This document shows, piece by piece, positions 9,162-17,424 of a DNA stretch of 63,272 nucleotides. Below the pieces are notes generated by a model. It did not search any database. It was given only the letters and a program-made list of their open reading frames with translations, and had not been told where the DNA came from. Location of the stretch: contig CAVVOP010000026.1 in assembly GCA_963749915.1 (NCBI GenBank), forward strand, positions 1-63,272, read 5' to 3'. The translations under genes were made by a program, and so were the position numbers. The stretch's first letter is position 1; the number at the start of each line of letters is the position of its first letter. The stretch comes from an uncultured cyanobacterium (GTDB lineage: Bacteria > Cyanobacteriota > Cyanobacteriia > Cyanobacteriales > Cyanobacteriaceae).

Positions 9162-9404
9162 GAATATAAAGGGAATTTGACTCAAGCAATCGATCCTGTT
9201 ACACCAGAACTTGTCTCTCTATTCTATCCTCGCCGACAACAATGGTCAGAACATTTTATCTGGAGTGCTGACGGGACAAGAATTGAAGGATTGACGGTAA
9301 TTGGTCGCACCACAGTAGTAGCTTTGCGGATGAATCATACCGTGATTATAGGGGCGCAAAGACGATGGGTAAGCAGTGGTTGGCATCCTCCGATAGAGAT
9401 CTAG
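9162..9404 (+). pseudogene. HNH endonuclease C-terminal remnant
   Basis: YKGNLTQAIDP...LFYPRRQQWSEHFIWS.DGTRI.GLT.IGRTTV.ALRMN...WVSSGWHPP; N-terminal Zn/HNH part missing at the IS end. Confidence 0.75.
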
Positions 9405-9499
9405 CAATTCCTACACAATGAAGAATTATCCGTCAGGGATAAAGTGCGATCGCTGCACGATCTAAGCCTATAGATGCGATTCGCTATCAGCGACACTAC

Positions 9500-9853
9500 G
9501 TGAACGCAACCATTCATCCAAATCATCAGGTTTCGTAAAATCTAACAACGCCTCCCCCAAAGCCTCAAGCTGAGTCAGCGATAGGGCTTGTATTTGCGAT
9601 CGCCTTTCTGGGGTCACTTGACCGATACGACGCAAAAGTTGGCGGAGGATGAGCGATCTTTCACCCCTTTCTTCGCCCTCTTTGCAAAATCAAGGCATCT
9701 ACCCGAATGGGTTCCAGGGACAGTATTGCCAAAGGCAACGCTGCGCGAACAGATGGGCTGAGTTGGTTTCATGGTGATGGGTTGACCCAGCAACCAAGAG
9801 GCAAAATCTTCAGAAAAGCTCTCAGCGAGGAACTTGCAAGTATTATCAAACAT
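9500..9853 (-). pseudogene. Rpn-like/DUF4351 protein pseudogene (internal deletion, frameshift, small insertion)
   Basis: N-term MFDNTCKFLAESFSEDFASWLLG..LSLEPIRVDALIL joined to C-term ERSLILRQLLRRIGQV...LSLTQLEALGEALLDF...LDEWL. Confidence 0.8.
9639..9851. repeat. 213-bp direct repeat, copy 1
   Basis: Matches 15099-15311 with 2 mismatches. Confidence 0.95.
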
Positions 9854-9920
9854 GGCGGGTATCAGCAATAACCTCAGCTATTCTACGGAATGGGGATTGG
9901 CTGACACGCGGCGATCGCCG

Positions 9921-10403
9921 TTACCAAATCTTAGCCATTACTAACTCAAACCCTGGCAATTCTGGAGCGCCACTGATGGTTTCAGGCGCATTTAAAATCT
10001 CTGGTTCCCGATGGGGGCGATAAATATAGACTTGGCGATTTTGGCGATCGATTAACCAGCCCAGTAAAGTACCATTAGCAATATATTCCTCTTTAATCCA
10101 AGCCGCATCGGGAGAACGAGTCGCACCATTGGGCAGAGTAAAGCCCGTGCTGGAGTCAAACCCAAGCCCCGTCCCATCCCTTTCTGTCCAGTTCCAAAGT
10201 TGGGCAGCAATATTAAAATTCCGATTACCCGTATCCGAAAAGGCAGGAGGCATAACGATGACCTCTCCACTAGCAGTGCGTTCAATGCGTAAATCTCGAT
10301 TGGCTAAACAAAATTCATAAAATTGCTCCTCCGTCATCGGTATAATCCAAGGAAGATCAATTATCAGAGGAGCCGAGGTCGCTTGTACAAGTAGTGTCGT
10401 CAT
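9921..10403 (-). CDS. Uma2 family endonuclease with apparent in-frame internal deletion
   Basis: EQFYEFCLANRDLRIERTASGE.IVMPP, FDSSTGFTLPNGA.RSPDAAWI; the PDFVVEL segment is absent. Confidence 0.8.
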   Translation of the reverse strand: MTTLLVQATSAPLIIDLPWIIPMTEEQFYEFCLANRDLRIERTASGEVIVMPPAFSDTGNRNFNIAAQLWNWTERDGTGLGFDSSTGFTLPNGATRSPDAAWIKEEYIANGTLLGWLIDRQNRQVYIYRPHREPEILNAPETISGAPELPGFELVMAKIW

Positions 10404-10451
10404 CGTTTACCCCTACCCAAGGATTACATGAATTAACAACTGAATACCCTT

Positions 10452-13400
10452 ATGAACTCATCACCCTTCAATCTTAACCTAGCCCTAGTCATCGGCATTA
10501 ATGACTACCAAAACGGCATTCCCGCATTGGGGACAGCCAAACAGGATGCCGAAGCGATCGCCGCAATCCTCCAAACTGACTATCAGTATCAAGTTCACCT
10601 GCTTACCGAAGACCAAGCAACCGCCCAAAAATTAACCAAGTTATTAGAAACGGAATTACCAGACATCATCAAAACTGCTACCCCTAGCCGTTTGTTATTC
10701 TATTTTGCTGGTCATGGCATTGCACTAAATGGGGATGATGGCCCTCAAGGTTATTTGATTCCCCAAGATGCCAAGTCAGGAGATTCTTCTACCTATATTC
10801 CCATGCAAAAGGTTGAATCCGCCCTAACGAAACTTGATTGTCGTCATTGCTTAATCATTCTAGATTGTTGTTTTGCCGGAGCATTCCGTTGGTCAAGTAC
10901 CCGTAAAGCTGTTTATGTACCCGAAAAAATCTATAAAGAACGTTACGATCGCTTTATCCAAGATCCTGCTTGGCAGGTAATCACTTCTGCCGCATCTGAC
11001 CAATATGCTTTAGATAGTTTAGCCTTAAAAGATGATCGAGGTATTGCTAAAGAGAATAAACATTCTCCCTTTGCCTTTGCCTTAATCAATGCTCTTAAAG
11101 GAGAAGCCGATATTTACCCTGTATCTAAGAATGGTAAACCATCAGGAGATGGAGTTATTACTGCTACTGAACTGTCTTTTTATCTGCGGGAGGTGGTTGA
11201 ATCTGCCAGCGAAGAAAATCACCGACGGCAAACTCCTCAGCTTTGGCCTTTGAAAAAGCACGATAAAGGAGAGTTTATTTTCCTTACCCCCGGACATCCT
11301 CTCAATTTACCCTCTGCCCCTCCTTTAGATGAGTCAAGAAATCCTTACCGAGGTTTGAAATCTTATGACGAAAAACACAGTGAATTATTTTTCGGGAGAA
11401 CTGAACTAAGCCAAAAATTAGATAAATTTGTTAAAAATCATCCCTTAACAGTGGTTTTAGGTGCTTCGGGTTCAGGTAAGTCTAGTTTGGTGAAGGCAGG
11501 CTTAATTCCTAAACTACGGAAAGATAATACAGAGAAATGGTCTATTTTCCCACCCATTCGTCCGGGTGAAACTCCTTTCCAAGCGTTAAATAATACTTTG
11601 AAAAATGAGCAATTACCCGAAATAGAGCGACAAAACCCACAACAAAATCTGGCAATGAGCATTGATGTTTGGGCGAAAAAGAGCTCTAACTCTAAGTTAT
11701 TATTGTTTATTGACCAAAGTGAAGAAATTATAACCCTTTGTCAAAATGAGGATGAGCGCAAGGCGTTTTTCCAACAGATACTTAACGCCCTTAATGCCCA
11801 TCGGGATAAATTACGAGTTGTGCTATCTCTCCGCTCTGACTTTGAACCCCAAGTAAGAGACACTGGCTTAGAGTCTGTCTCCACAGGTGATAAGGTGAAA
11901 AATGTACTTAAAAATCGTTGGCACAAAGGACGATTTCTTGTATCAGCAATGACGAGAGCCGACTTGCGAGAAGCGATCGAGAAACCCGCAGAGGCACGGG
12001 TGATGTATTTTCAATCTGACGATCCCAAGCATCCCTTAATTGATCGCATCATCGATGAAGTGGTGGATATGCCAGGCGCATTGTCCCTGCTTTCTTTTGC
12101 CTTGAGCGAACTTTATCTCAAGTATTTAAACCGACAGCGAGAGGCACAAAATAGAGGAGAAACAATCGATCGAGCCTTGACTCAAAAAGATTACGAAGAC
12201 TTGGGAGGGGTAATTCTATCGCTGACTCAAAGGGCGGATGAGGAATATGAGGAGTTAGTGAAGGAAAATCCCGCTTATGCTCAGATTATCCGTCAGGTAA
12301 TGCTGCGGATGGTTGCCCTTGGAGGAGGGGAATTAGCCCGCAGACAAGTCCCCTTAGCGGAATTAGAATATCCGCCAGAGAAAAACCATTTAGTTAAAGT
12401 AGTAATTGAGCGGTTCACTAATGCACGGTTACTGGTGAAAGGAGAGGATGCTGAGGGGAGTCCCTATGTGGAACCTGCCCATGATGCTTTGGTGCGGGGA
12501 TGGCAAAGGTTGTTGATGTGGAAGCAAGAGGAGGAAGAAAGCTTGCTTCTGCAACGGCGATTGACTCCTGCGGCGGCGGAGTGGAATAGCGTCAAAAATA
12601 AGGACAAAGAACAGCCAAAAGGGATTCTAGACAAAGCCGATCCTGTTTTGGATTGGTTAGATCGACGACTCTTGACTGTCGAAAACTTAGTGAATAAAAT
12701 TCCTGCTCAGTTGGCTCAACTGTTACGACGCACTCAGAATCAGCAAGGGCAATCGAGAGAGAAACCCGTACAGTTTTTGTGGAATGCAAATCCTTATCTC
12801 GATCTATTGGATAAAGAACTCAATTCCAATGATAATTGGCTGAACCAGGTAGAAGCTGAGTTTGTGCAGGAAAGCGTATTACAAAAACGCCAGAATATTA
12901 GTTGGCGGTGGCGTATTGCGATCGCCGTCATGCTGGGATTGAGCGGCTTAACCATTACTGCCCTGATTGGACAACGAAATGCTCTGATTAGTCAGATTCG
13001 AGCTTCGAGACAATCGGCGATCGCCAACTTTAGCGCCGGAAAACAGTTAGATGCCTTTCTCGATAGCCTGCGGGCAGCTCAATCCTTCAAGCACCCACTG
13101 TTGCAAGCATTCAAGCCAGACCATACATTGGAACAACAAGTTAGGGGAACGCTGCAAAAGGCCGTTTATTCCGTCCAGGAGCGCAATCGTTGGGGAGAGC
13201 ATCAAGGCATCGCGAGAAGTAGCATTAGCCCGGACGGCCAGCTAATTGTGAGTGCGGGGGAAGATGGCATCGTCACCTTATGGAATTGGCGAGGTCAGAA
13301 AAAAGCACGATGGAATACCAAGCAAGGTCGACTCATGAATCTCAGCTTTAGCCCCGACGGACAGAAACTGGCGACGGCGGGAGGAGATAGCACTGTTCGC

Positions 13401-15041
13401 CTGTGGAATTTACAGGGACAACAGTTGGCTCTATTCCAAGGGCATACCGACATGGTCAAAGGACTTAGCTTCAGTCCCGATGGCCAGCTATTGGCAACCT
13501 CAGGCAGAGATAAAACGATTCGCCTGTGGAACTTACAGGGTCAGCCGTTAGCCCTTTTAACAGGACATCAAAAAGATGTCTGGAGTGTGGCGTTCAGCCC
13601 CGACGGTCAGATGCTCGCCAGCGCAGCTGATGACGATACTTTCCGTCTCTGGAATTTGCAGGGCAAGCAATTGCAGCAATCTAGAGCCAATCAAGGTGAA
13701 CTCCACACAATTCAATTTAGCCCCGATGGGCAACACCTAGTGACGGCAGGCAAGGATGGTCGCATCCGCCTGTGGAACTTGCAGTGTCAACCACTCGCAG
13801 TATTACAAGGGCATCAAGGTCGGGTCTGGCGTGTAGCATTCAGTTCAGACGGACGACAACTAGCTAGCGCCAGTGCCGATGGCACCGTTCGCCTCTGGAA
13901 CCGATCGGGTCAATCCCTGGCAGTCTTGCAAGGACATCAAGGTCCGGTCCGGCACGTCAGTTTTAGCCCCGATGGTCAGCGCTTGGTGAGTAGTGGGGAT
14001 GACGGTTCGATCCGCCTGTGGGAGTTACGAGGCCAGCAGTTGGTTACTTTAAAAGGGCATCAAGGACCGGTCAGGGCGATCGCCTTTAGTCCCGATGGCA
14101 GGCAATTGGCTACCACGGGAGAAGATGCCACGGCCCGCTTGTGGCAAGTGCAGGGACAACCATTGGCGACCTTCAACGGAGATCGAGTACCAGTCCGGGC
14201 GATCGCCTTCAGTCCCGATGGAAAGCAATTGGCAACCGCTCAAGGACAAGCGGTCCGCCTCTGGACTTTGCGCGGTCAAACGTCGGTCGAATTTAAGGGA
14301 GATCGAGGTTTAGTCAGGAGCCTGCAATTTAGCCCCGATGGACGACGACTGGCGAGTGCGGGAGAGGGGGGTTCGATTCGCCTGTGGAACTTGCAGGGAC
14401 AACCTCGGGCGGAATGGCAAGCTGATACGCAGCGAGTCTGGGCAGTGAAGTTCAGCCCCGATGGAGAACGACTGGCAAGTGCTGGCGGGGATGGCAGGGT
14501 CAAGTTGTGGAACTTGCAGGGTCAGCCCTTAGGGCAATTTGAAGGGCATTTAGGCCCTGTTTACAGCGTTGCCTTCAGTCCAGATGGCAAGCAACTCGCC
14601 AGTTCCGGTCAGGATGGAACCATCCGTCTCTGGGATTTACAAGATCGGCGCAACAGTAAAATATTCCAAGTCTATGAGGCGGAGGTAAATTCGGTGGCAT
14701 TCAGCCCCGATGGGCAGTTTTTAATCAGTGGCGACAATCTTGGCAACGTGCAATTGTGGGATTGGCAACTTCAGCAGCAGTTAGCCGCCTGGAGTGCCCA
14801 TCAAAATGCGATCCTTCGCCAAGTCAGTTTTAGTCCTGATGGCAAGCTGTTAGCGACCGCGGCCGATGATGGAACAGCTAAGTCGTGGCGGCTGGGAGAG
14901 TTTGATGAATTACTCTCTAGAGGTTGCGCTCTGATGGCTGACTATCTGAATCAGGAGCGGAGTAACGGTGGCGATCGCCATCTGTGCGAAAACATTCCCC
15001 AGCAAAAATCCGAAAAAGTTATTCTAAATTCTAAATTCTAA
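10452..15041 (+). CDS. Caspase-family (C14) peptidase / STAND NTPase / TM / 14x WD40 protein
   Basis: ALVIGINDY, YFAGHG, ILDCCFAG; NPYRGL..Y..LFFGR, GASGSGKSS, LLFIDQSEE, PGAL.LLSFAL; TM helix; 14 S(P/S)DG..L WD repeats. Confidence 0.92.
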   Translation: MNSSPFNLNLALVIGINDYQNGIPALGTAKQDAEAIAAILQTDYQYQVHLLTEDQATAQKLTKLLETELPDIIKTATPSRLLFYFAGHGIALNGDDGPQGYLIPQDAKSGDSSTYIPMQKVESALTKLDCRHCLIILDCCFAGAFRWSSTRKAVYVPEKIYKERYDRFIQDPAWQVITSAASDQYALDSLALKDDRGIAKENKHSPFAFALINALKGEADIYPVSKNGKPSGDGVITATELSFYLREVVESASEENHRRQTPQLWPLKKHDKGEFIFLTPGHPLNLPSAPPLDESRNPYRGLKSYDEKHSELFFGRTELSQKLDKFVKNHPLTVVLGASGSGKSSLVKAGLIPKLRKDNTEKWSIFPPIRPGETPFQALNNTLKNEQLPEIERQNPQQNLAMSIDVWAKKSSNSKLLLFIDQSEEIITLCQNEDERKAFFQQILNALNAHRDKLRVVLSLRSDFEPQVRDTGLESVSTGDKVKNVLKNRWHKGRFLVSAMTRADLREAIEKPAEARVMYFQSDDPKHPLIDRIIDEVVDMPGALSLLSFALSELYLKYLNRQREAQNRGETIDRALTQKDYEDLGGVILSLTQRADEEYEELVKENPAYAQIIRQVMLRMVALGGGELARRQVPLAELEYPPEKNHLVKVVIERFTNARLLVKGEDAEGSPYVEPAHDALVRGWQRLLMWKQEEEESLLLQRRLTPAAAEWNSVKNKDKEQPKGILDKADPVLDWLDRRLLTVENLVNKIPAQLAQLLRRTQNQQGQSREKPVQFLWNANPYLDLLDKELNSNDNWLNQVEAEFVQESVLQKRQNISWRWRIAIAVMLGLSGLTITALIGQRNALISQIRASRQSAIANFSAGKQLDAFLDSLRAAQSFKHPLLQAFKPDHTLEQQVRGTLQKAVYSVQERNRWGEHQGIARSSISPDGQLIVSAGEDGIVTLWNWRGQKKARWNTKQGRLMNLSFSPDGQKLATAGGDSTVRLWNLQGQQLALFQGHTDMVKGLSFSPDGQLLATSGRDKTIRLWNLQGQPLALLTGHQKDVWSVAFSPDGQMLASAADDDTFRLWNLQGKQLQQSRANQGELHTIQFSPDGQHLVTAGKDGRIRLWNLQCQPLAVLQGHQGRVWRVAFSSDGRQLASASADGTVRLWNRSGQSLAVLQGHQGPVRHVSFSPDGQRLVSSGDDGSIRLWELRGQQLVTLKGHQGPVRAIAFSPDGRQLATTGEDATARLWQVQGQPLATFNGDRVPVRAIAFSPDGKQLATAQGQAVRLWTLRGQTSVEFKGDRGLVRSLQFSPDGRRLASAGEGGSIRLWNLQGQPRAEWQADTQRVWAVKFSPDGERLASAGGDGRVKLWNLQGQPLGQFEGHLGPVYSVAFSPDGKQLASSGQDGTIRLWDLQDRRNSKIFQVYEAEVNSVAFSPDGQFLISGDNLGNVQLWDWQLQQQLAAWSAHQNAILRQVSFSPDGKLLATAADDGTAKSWRLGEFDELLSRGCALMADYLNQERSNGGDRHLCENIPQQKSEKVILNSKF

Positions 15042-15055
15042 ATTCTAAATTCTAA
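15021..15055. repeat. Heptamer tandem repeat (ATTCTAA)x5
   Basis: Direct reading; contains the stop codon of the caspase gene. Confidence 0.9.
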
Positions 15056-15098
15056 ATTTCCCTCGCCAGAGCGTTTTCGGGCAAATCCCTCGCAGTAT

Positions 15099-15311
15099 TT
15101 GGCGGAGGATGAGCGATCTTTCACCCCTTTCTTCGCCCTCTTTGCAAAATCAAGGCATCTACCCGAATGGGTTCCAGGGACAGTATTGCCAAAGGCAACG
15201 CTGCGCGAACAGATGGGCTGAGTTGGGTTCATGGTGATGGGTTGACTCAGCAACCAAGAGGCAAAATCTTCAGAAAAGCTCTCAGCGAGGAACTTGCAAG
15301 TATTATCAAAC
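15099..15311. repeat. 213-bp direct repeat, copy 2 (Rpn/DUF4351 pseudogene fragment)
   Basis: Matches 9639-9851; ends at the IS1634 left IR. Confidence 0.95.
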
Positions 15312-17345
15312 CCACATTCCGCACGTCAAACTGTATAAATTCAGATTACGAGGTTAGAAGTTGAACAGTGATTGACTACGACAAGAAATACTCGGTGATT
15401 AGTTCTCTAGCTTATAAAGAGAACTCAGATAAATTAGTAGAAAAATGAGCAACGTTCCATTAATCATTTAGGATTAATTGCTGGAGTTATAGATGAAATT
15501 GGCATTGAAGAAATTATTAATGATGCCCTCGGTATTGACGAGAGGGAAATCGTGACAGCAGGTCAAATAGTTAAAGCAATTATTCTTAATGGGTTAGGAT
15601 TTATTTCTCGCCCTCTTTATCTATTTCGACAGTTTTTTAAAGACAAAGCCACGGAACATTTAATTGGGAAAGGAATACTTCCAGCGCATTTGAATGATGA
15701 CAGAATTGGAAGAATAATGGATGAACTTTATGAGAAAGGATTATCTCCATTATTTTTAATCATTGCTTTAGCCACAGTAAAAAAATATGACATCAACATC
15801 AATTTTTCCCATTTGGATTCAACATCTTTTGCAGTAGAGGGGAAATATAGTCAAGAAAAAATCACCAAAAACTTGGTGAAAGAAAATGCAGAATTAGAGT
15901 TAATTAATCAAATTCCAATTAAGATAATTAAAGGTTATTCCCGTGACCATAGACCAGATTTAAAACAATTTATTTTGGATTTAATTGTGAGTGGTGATGG
16001 TGATATTCCACTATTTTTAAGAGTAGCAGATGGTAATGAAAATGATAGAGCAGTTTTCGGCAAAATAGCGAAAGAATACAAATCAATGATAGATTTTGAA
16101 ACGATGATAGTAGGTGATAGTGCCTTATATACAGAAAATAACCTGAAATTAATGAGTGGAATAGAATGGTTATCGAGAGTGCCACTATCAATAAAAGAGG
16201 CAAAAAATTTAGTTTCAGAACTATCAGAATCTGATTTGACTCCAAGTAGTTTAGAGGGATATTTATGGTATGAAGTAAGGAATAATTATGCAGAAATTGA
16301 GCAGAGATGGTTAATAGTAGAAAGTGAAAAAAGAAAGGCATCAGATTTAGAAAAACTAAGTAAAAAAATAGAGAAAGAAAAAGAAAAAAGCTTAGAAACA
16401 TTGAAGAAATTGATGAAAGAAGAATTTAGGTCATCAGAGGGAGCTTATGAAACAGTTGTGAGACTGAATAAGACTTTAAAATATCATCACATAACCGAGC
16501 TAAAAATGACAGAAAGTGAGTTAAATAATCACAAGAAAAAATCGAAAAAGAAAGAAGAAAAATCGGGAAAAACTTATCAAGTTACGGCTATTTTGAAATC
16601 AGATTTAACGAAAATAAACGAATCAAAAAAAAGAGCAGGAAGATTTGTGTTAGCGACAAATAGATTGGATAAAAGTAAATTTAATTCTGATGAAATTTTA
16701 ATTAAGTATAAAGAGCAACAAGCCGCAGAAAGAGGTTTTAGTTTTTTGAAAGATCCATTATTTTTTGCCGATAGTGTGTTTTTAAAAACCCCAAAAAGAA
16801 TCGAAACAATGGCAATGTTGATGGGGTTATGTCTGTTGGTATATTCTTTGGGGCAAAGAGAAGTGCGTCGCTTATTAAAGGAGAGAAAAACGGGGATAAA
16901 AAATCAGCTGGGAAAACTAACGGAACGTCCAACGTTAAGATGGATATTTCAATGTTTTCAGGGGATTCATTTAGTAATAAATCAAGGAATAAAACAGATA
17001 GTAAATCTAACAAATGAACGAAAACTAATTTTAAGTTTTTTCCCGATTTCTTGTCATAATTATTATATTTTATCTGGATAACTTGATAACTTATTGGATT
17101 TAAGAGTCTAAATATTCTCAATTATAATACCATAAATAAAGAATAGAAAACTGATAGATTTGCTCTGTTTATTTATTCTCATTAAAGGTGAAGTTATTGA
17201 CAATGAGATTTTAATTTGAGCAAAGTTCGCGAGCACAAAACGCGAATAAAGAAGATATTGAGTATTATTACTTATATTTTGTCCAAAATAAGTTGCTTGG
17301 TTTTAATACTTTTATCATCTTACAAAGTGACGTGCGGAATGTGGG
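15311..17345 (+). mobile_element. IS1634-family insertion sequence
   Basis: Perfect 18-bp IRs CCCACATTCCGCACGTCA / TGACGTGCGGAATGTGGG. Confidence 0.92.
15445..17081 (+). CDS. IS1634 transposase, probable 5' frameshift
   Basis: HLGLIAG, HLDSTSF, GYSRDHRPDLKQF, YKEQQAAERGFSFLKDP; ATG 15445 is out of frame with the main ORF (15552-17081). Confidence 0.85.
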
Positions 17346-17424
17346 ATAAAAAAGTTATGATATATCGTTATAACTTAGATTAAGATATATTAAGATATAT
17401 AAAATTTTATAACTCTTGTCATCT

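Larger units (their letters stand above)
6591..9162 (+). mobile_element. IS1634-family remnant, internally deleted and interrupted by another IS
   Basis: IRs CCCGAACTCCCCCC / GGGGGAAGTTCGGG; transposase N-terminus MYIEKVPNRNSPPAVLLR (6759-6812) and C-terminus EDLGTICL...TRPTGLQQKALDLVEISLICPQ* (8947-9090). Confidence 0.8.

Noticed and set aside
9614..9868. ORFs 9614-9868 and 15038-15253 as real proteins
   Set aside because: Frameshifted readings of the Rpn/DUF4351 pseudogene
13200..14900. CRISPR-like periodic repeats
   Set aside because: About 123-bp periodicity is WD40 coding repeats; no identical repeat/unique spacer structure
7280..15311. Diversity-generating retroelement (Avd-like gene plus TR/VR repeats)
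   Set aside because: No reverse transcriptase in the window; the 213-bp repeats have only 2 mismatches with no one-sided adenine pattern and lie in a pseudogene; the protein fits the IVP family
15970..17121. Hydrophobic antisense ORFs 15970-16401 and 16738-17121
   Set aside because: Shadow ORFs of the A-rich transposase strand
17346..17424. Glycine riboswitch upstream of gcvP
   Set aside because: Only about 80 AT-rich bases (with TAAGATATAT x2) after the IS end; no aptamer-like sequence
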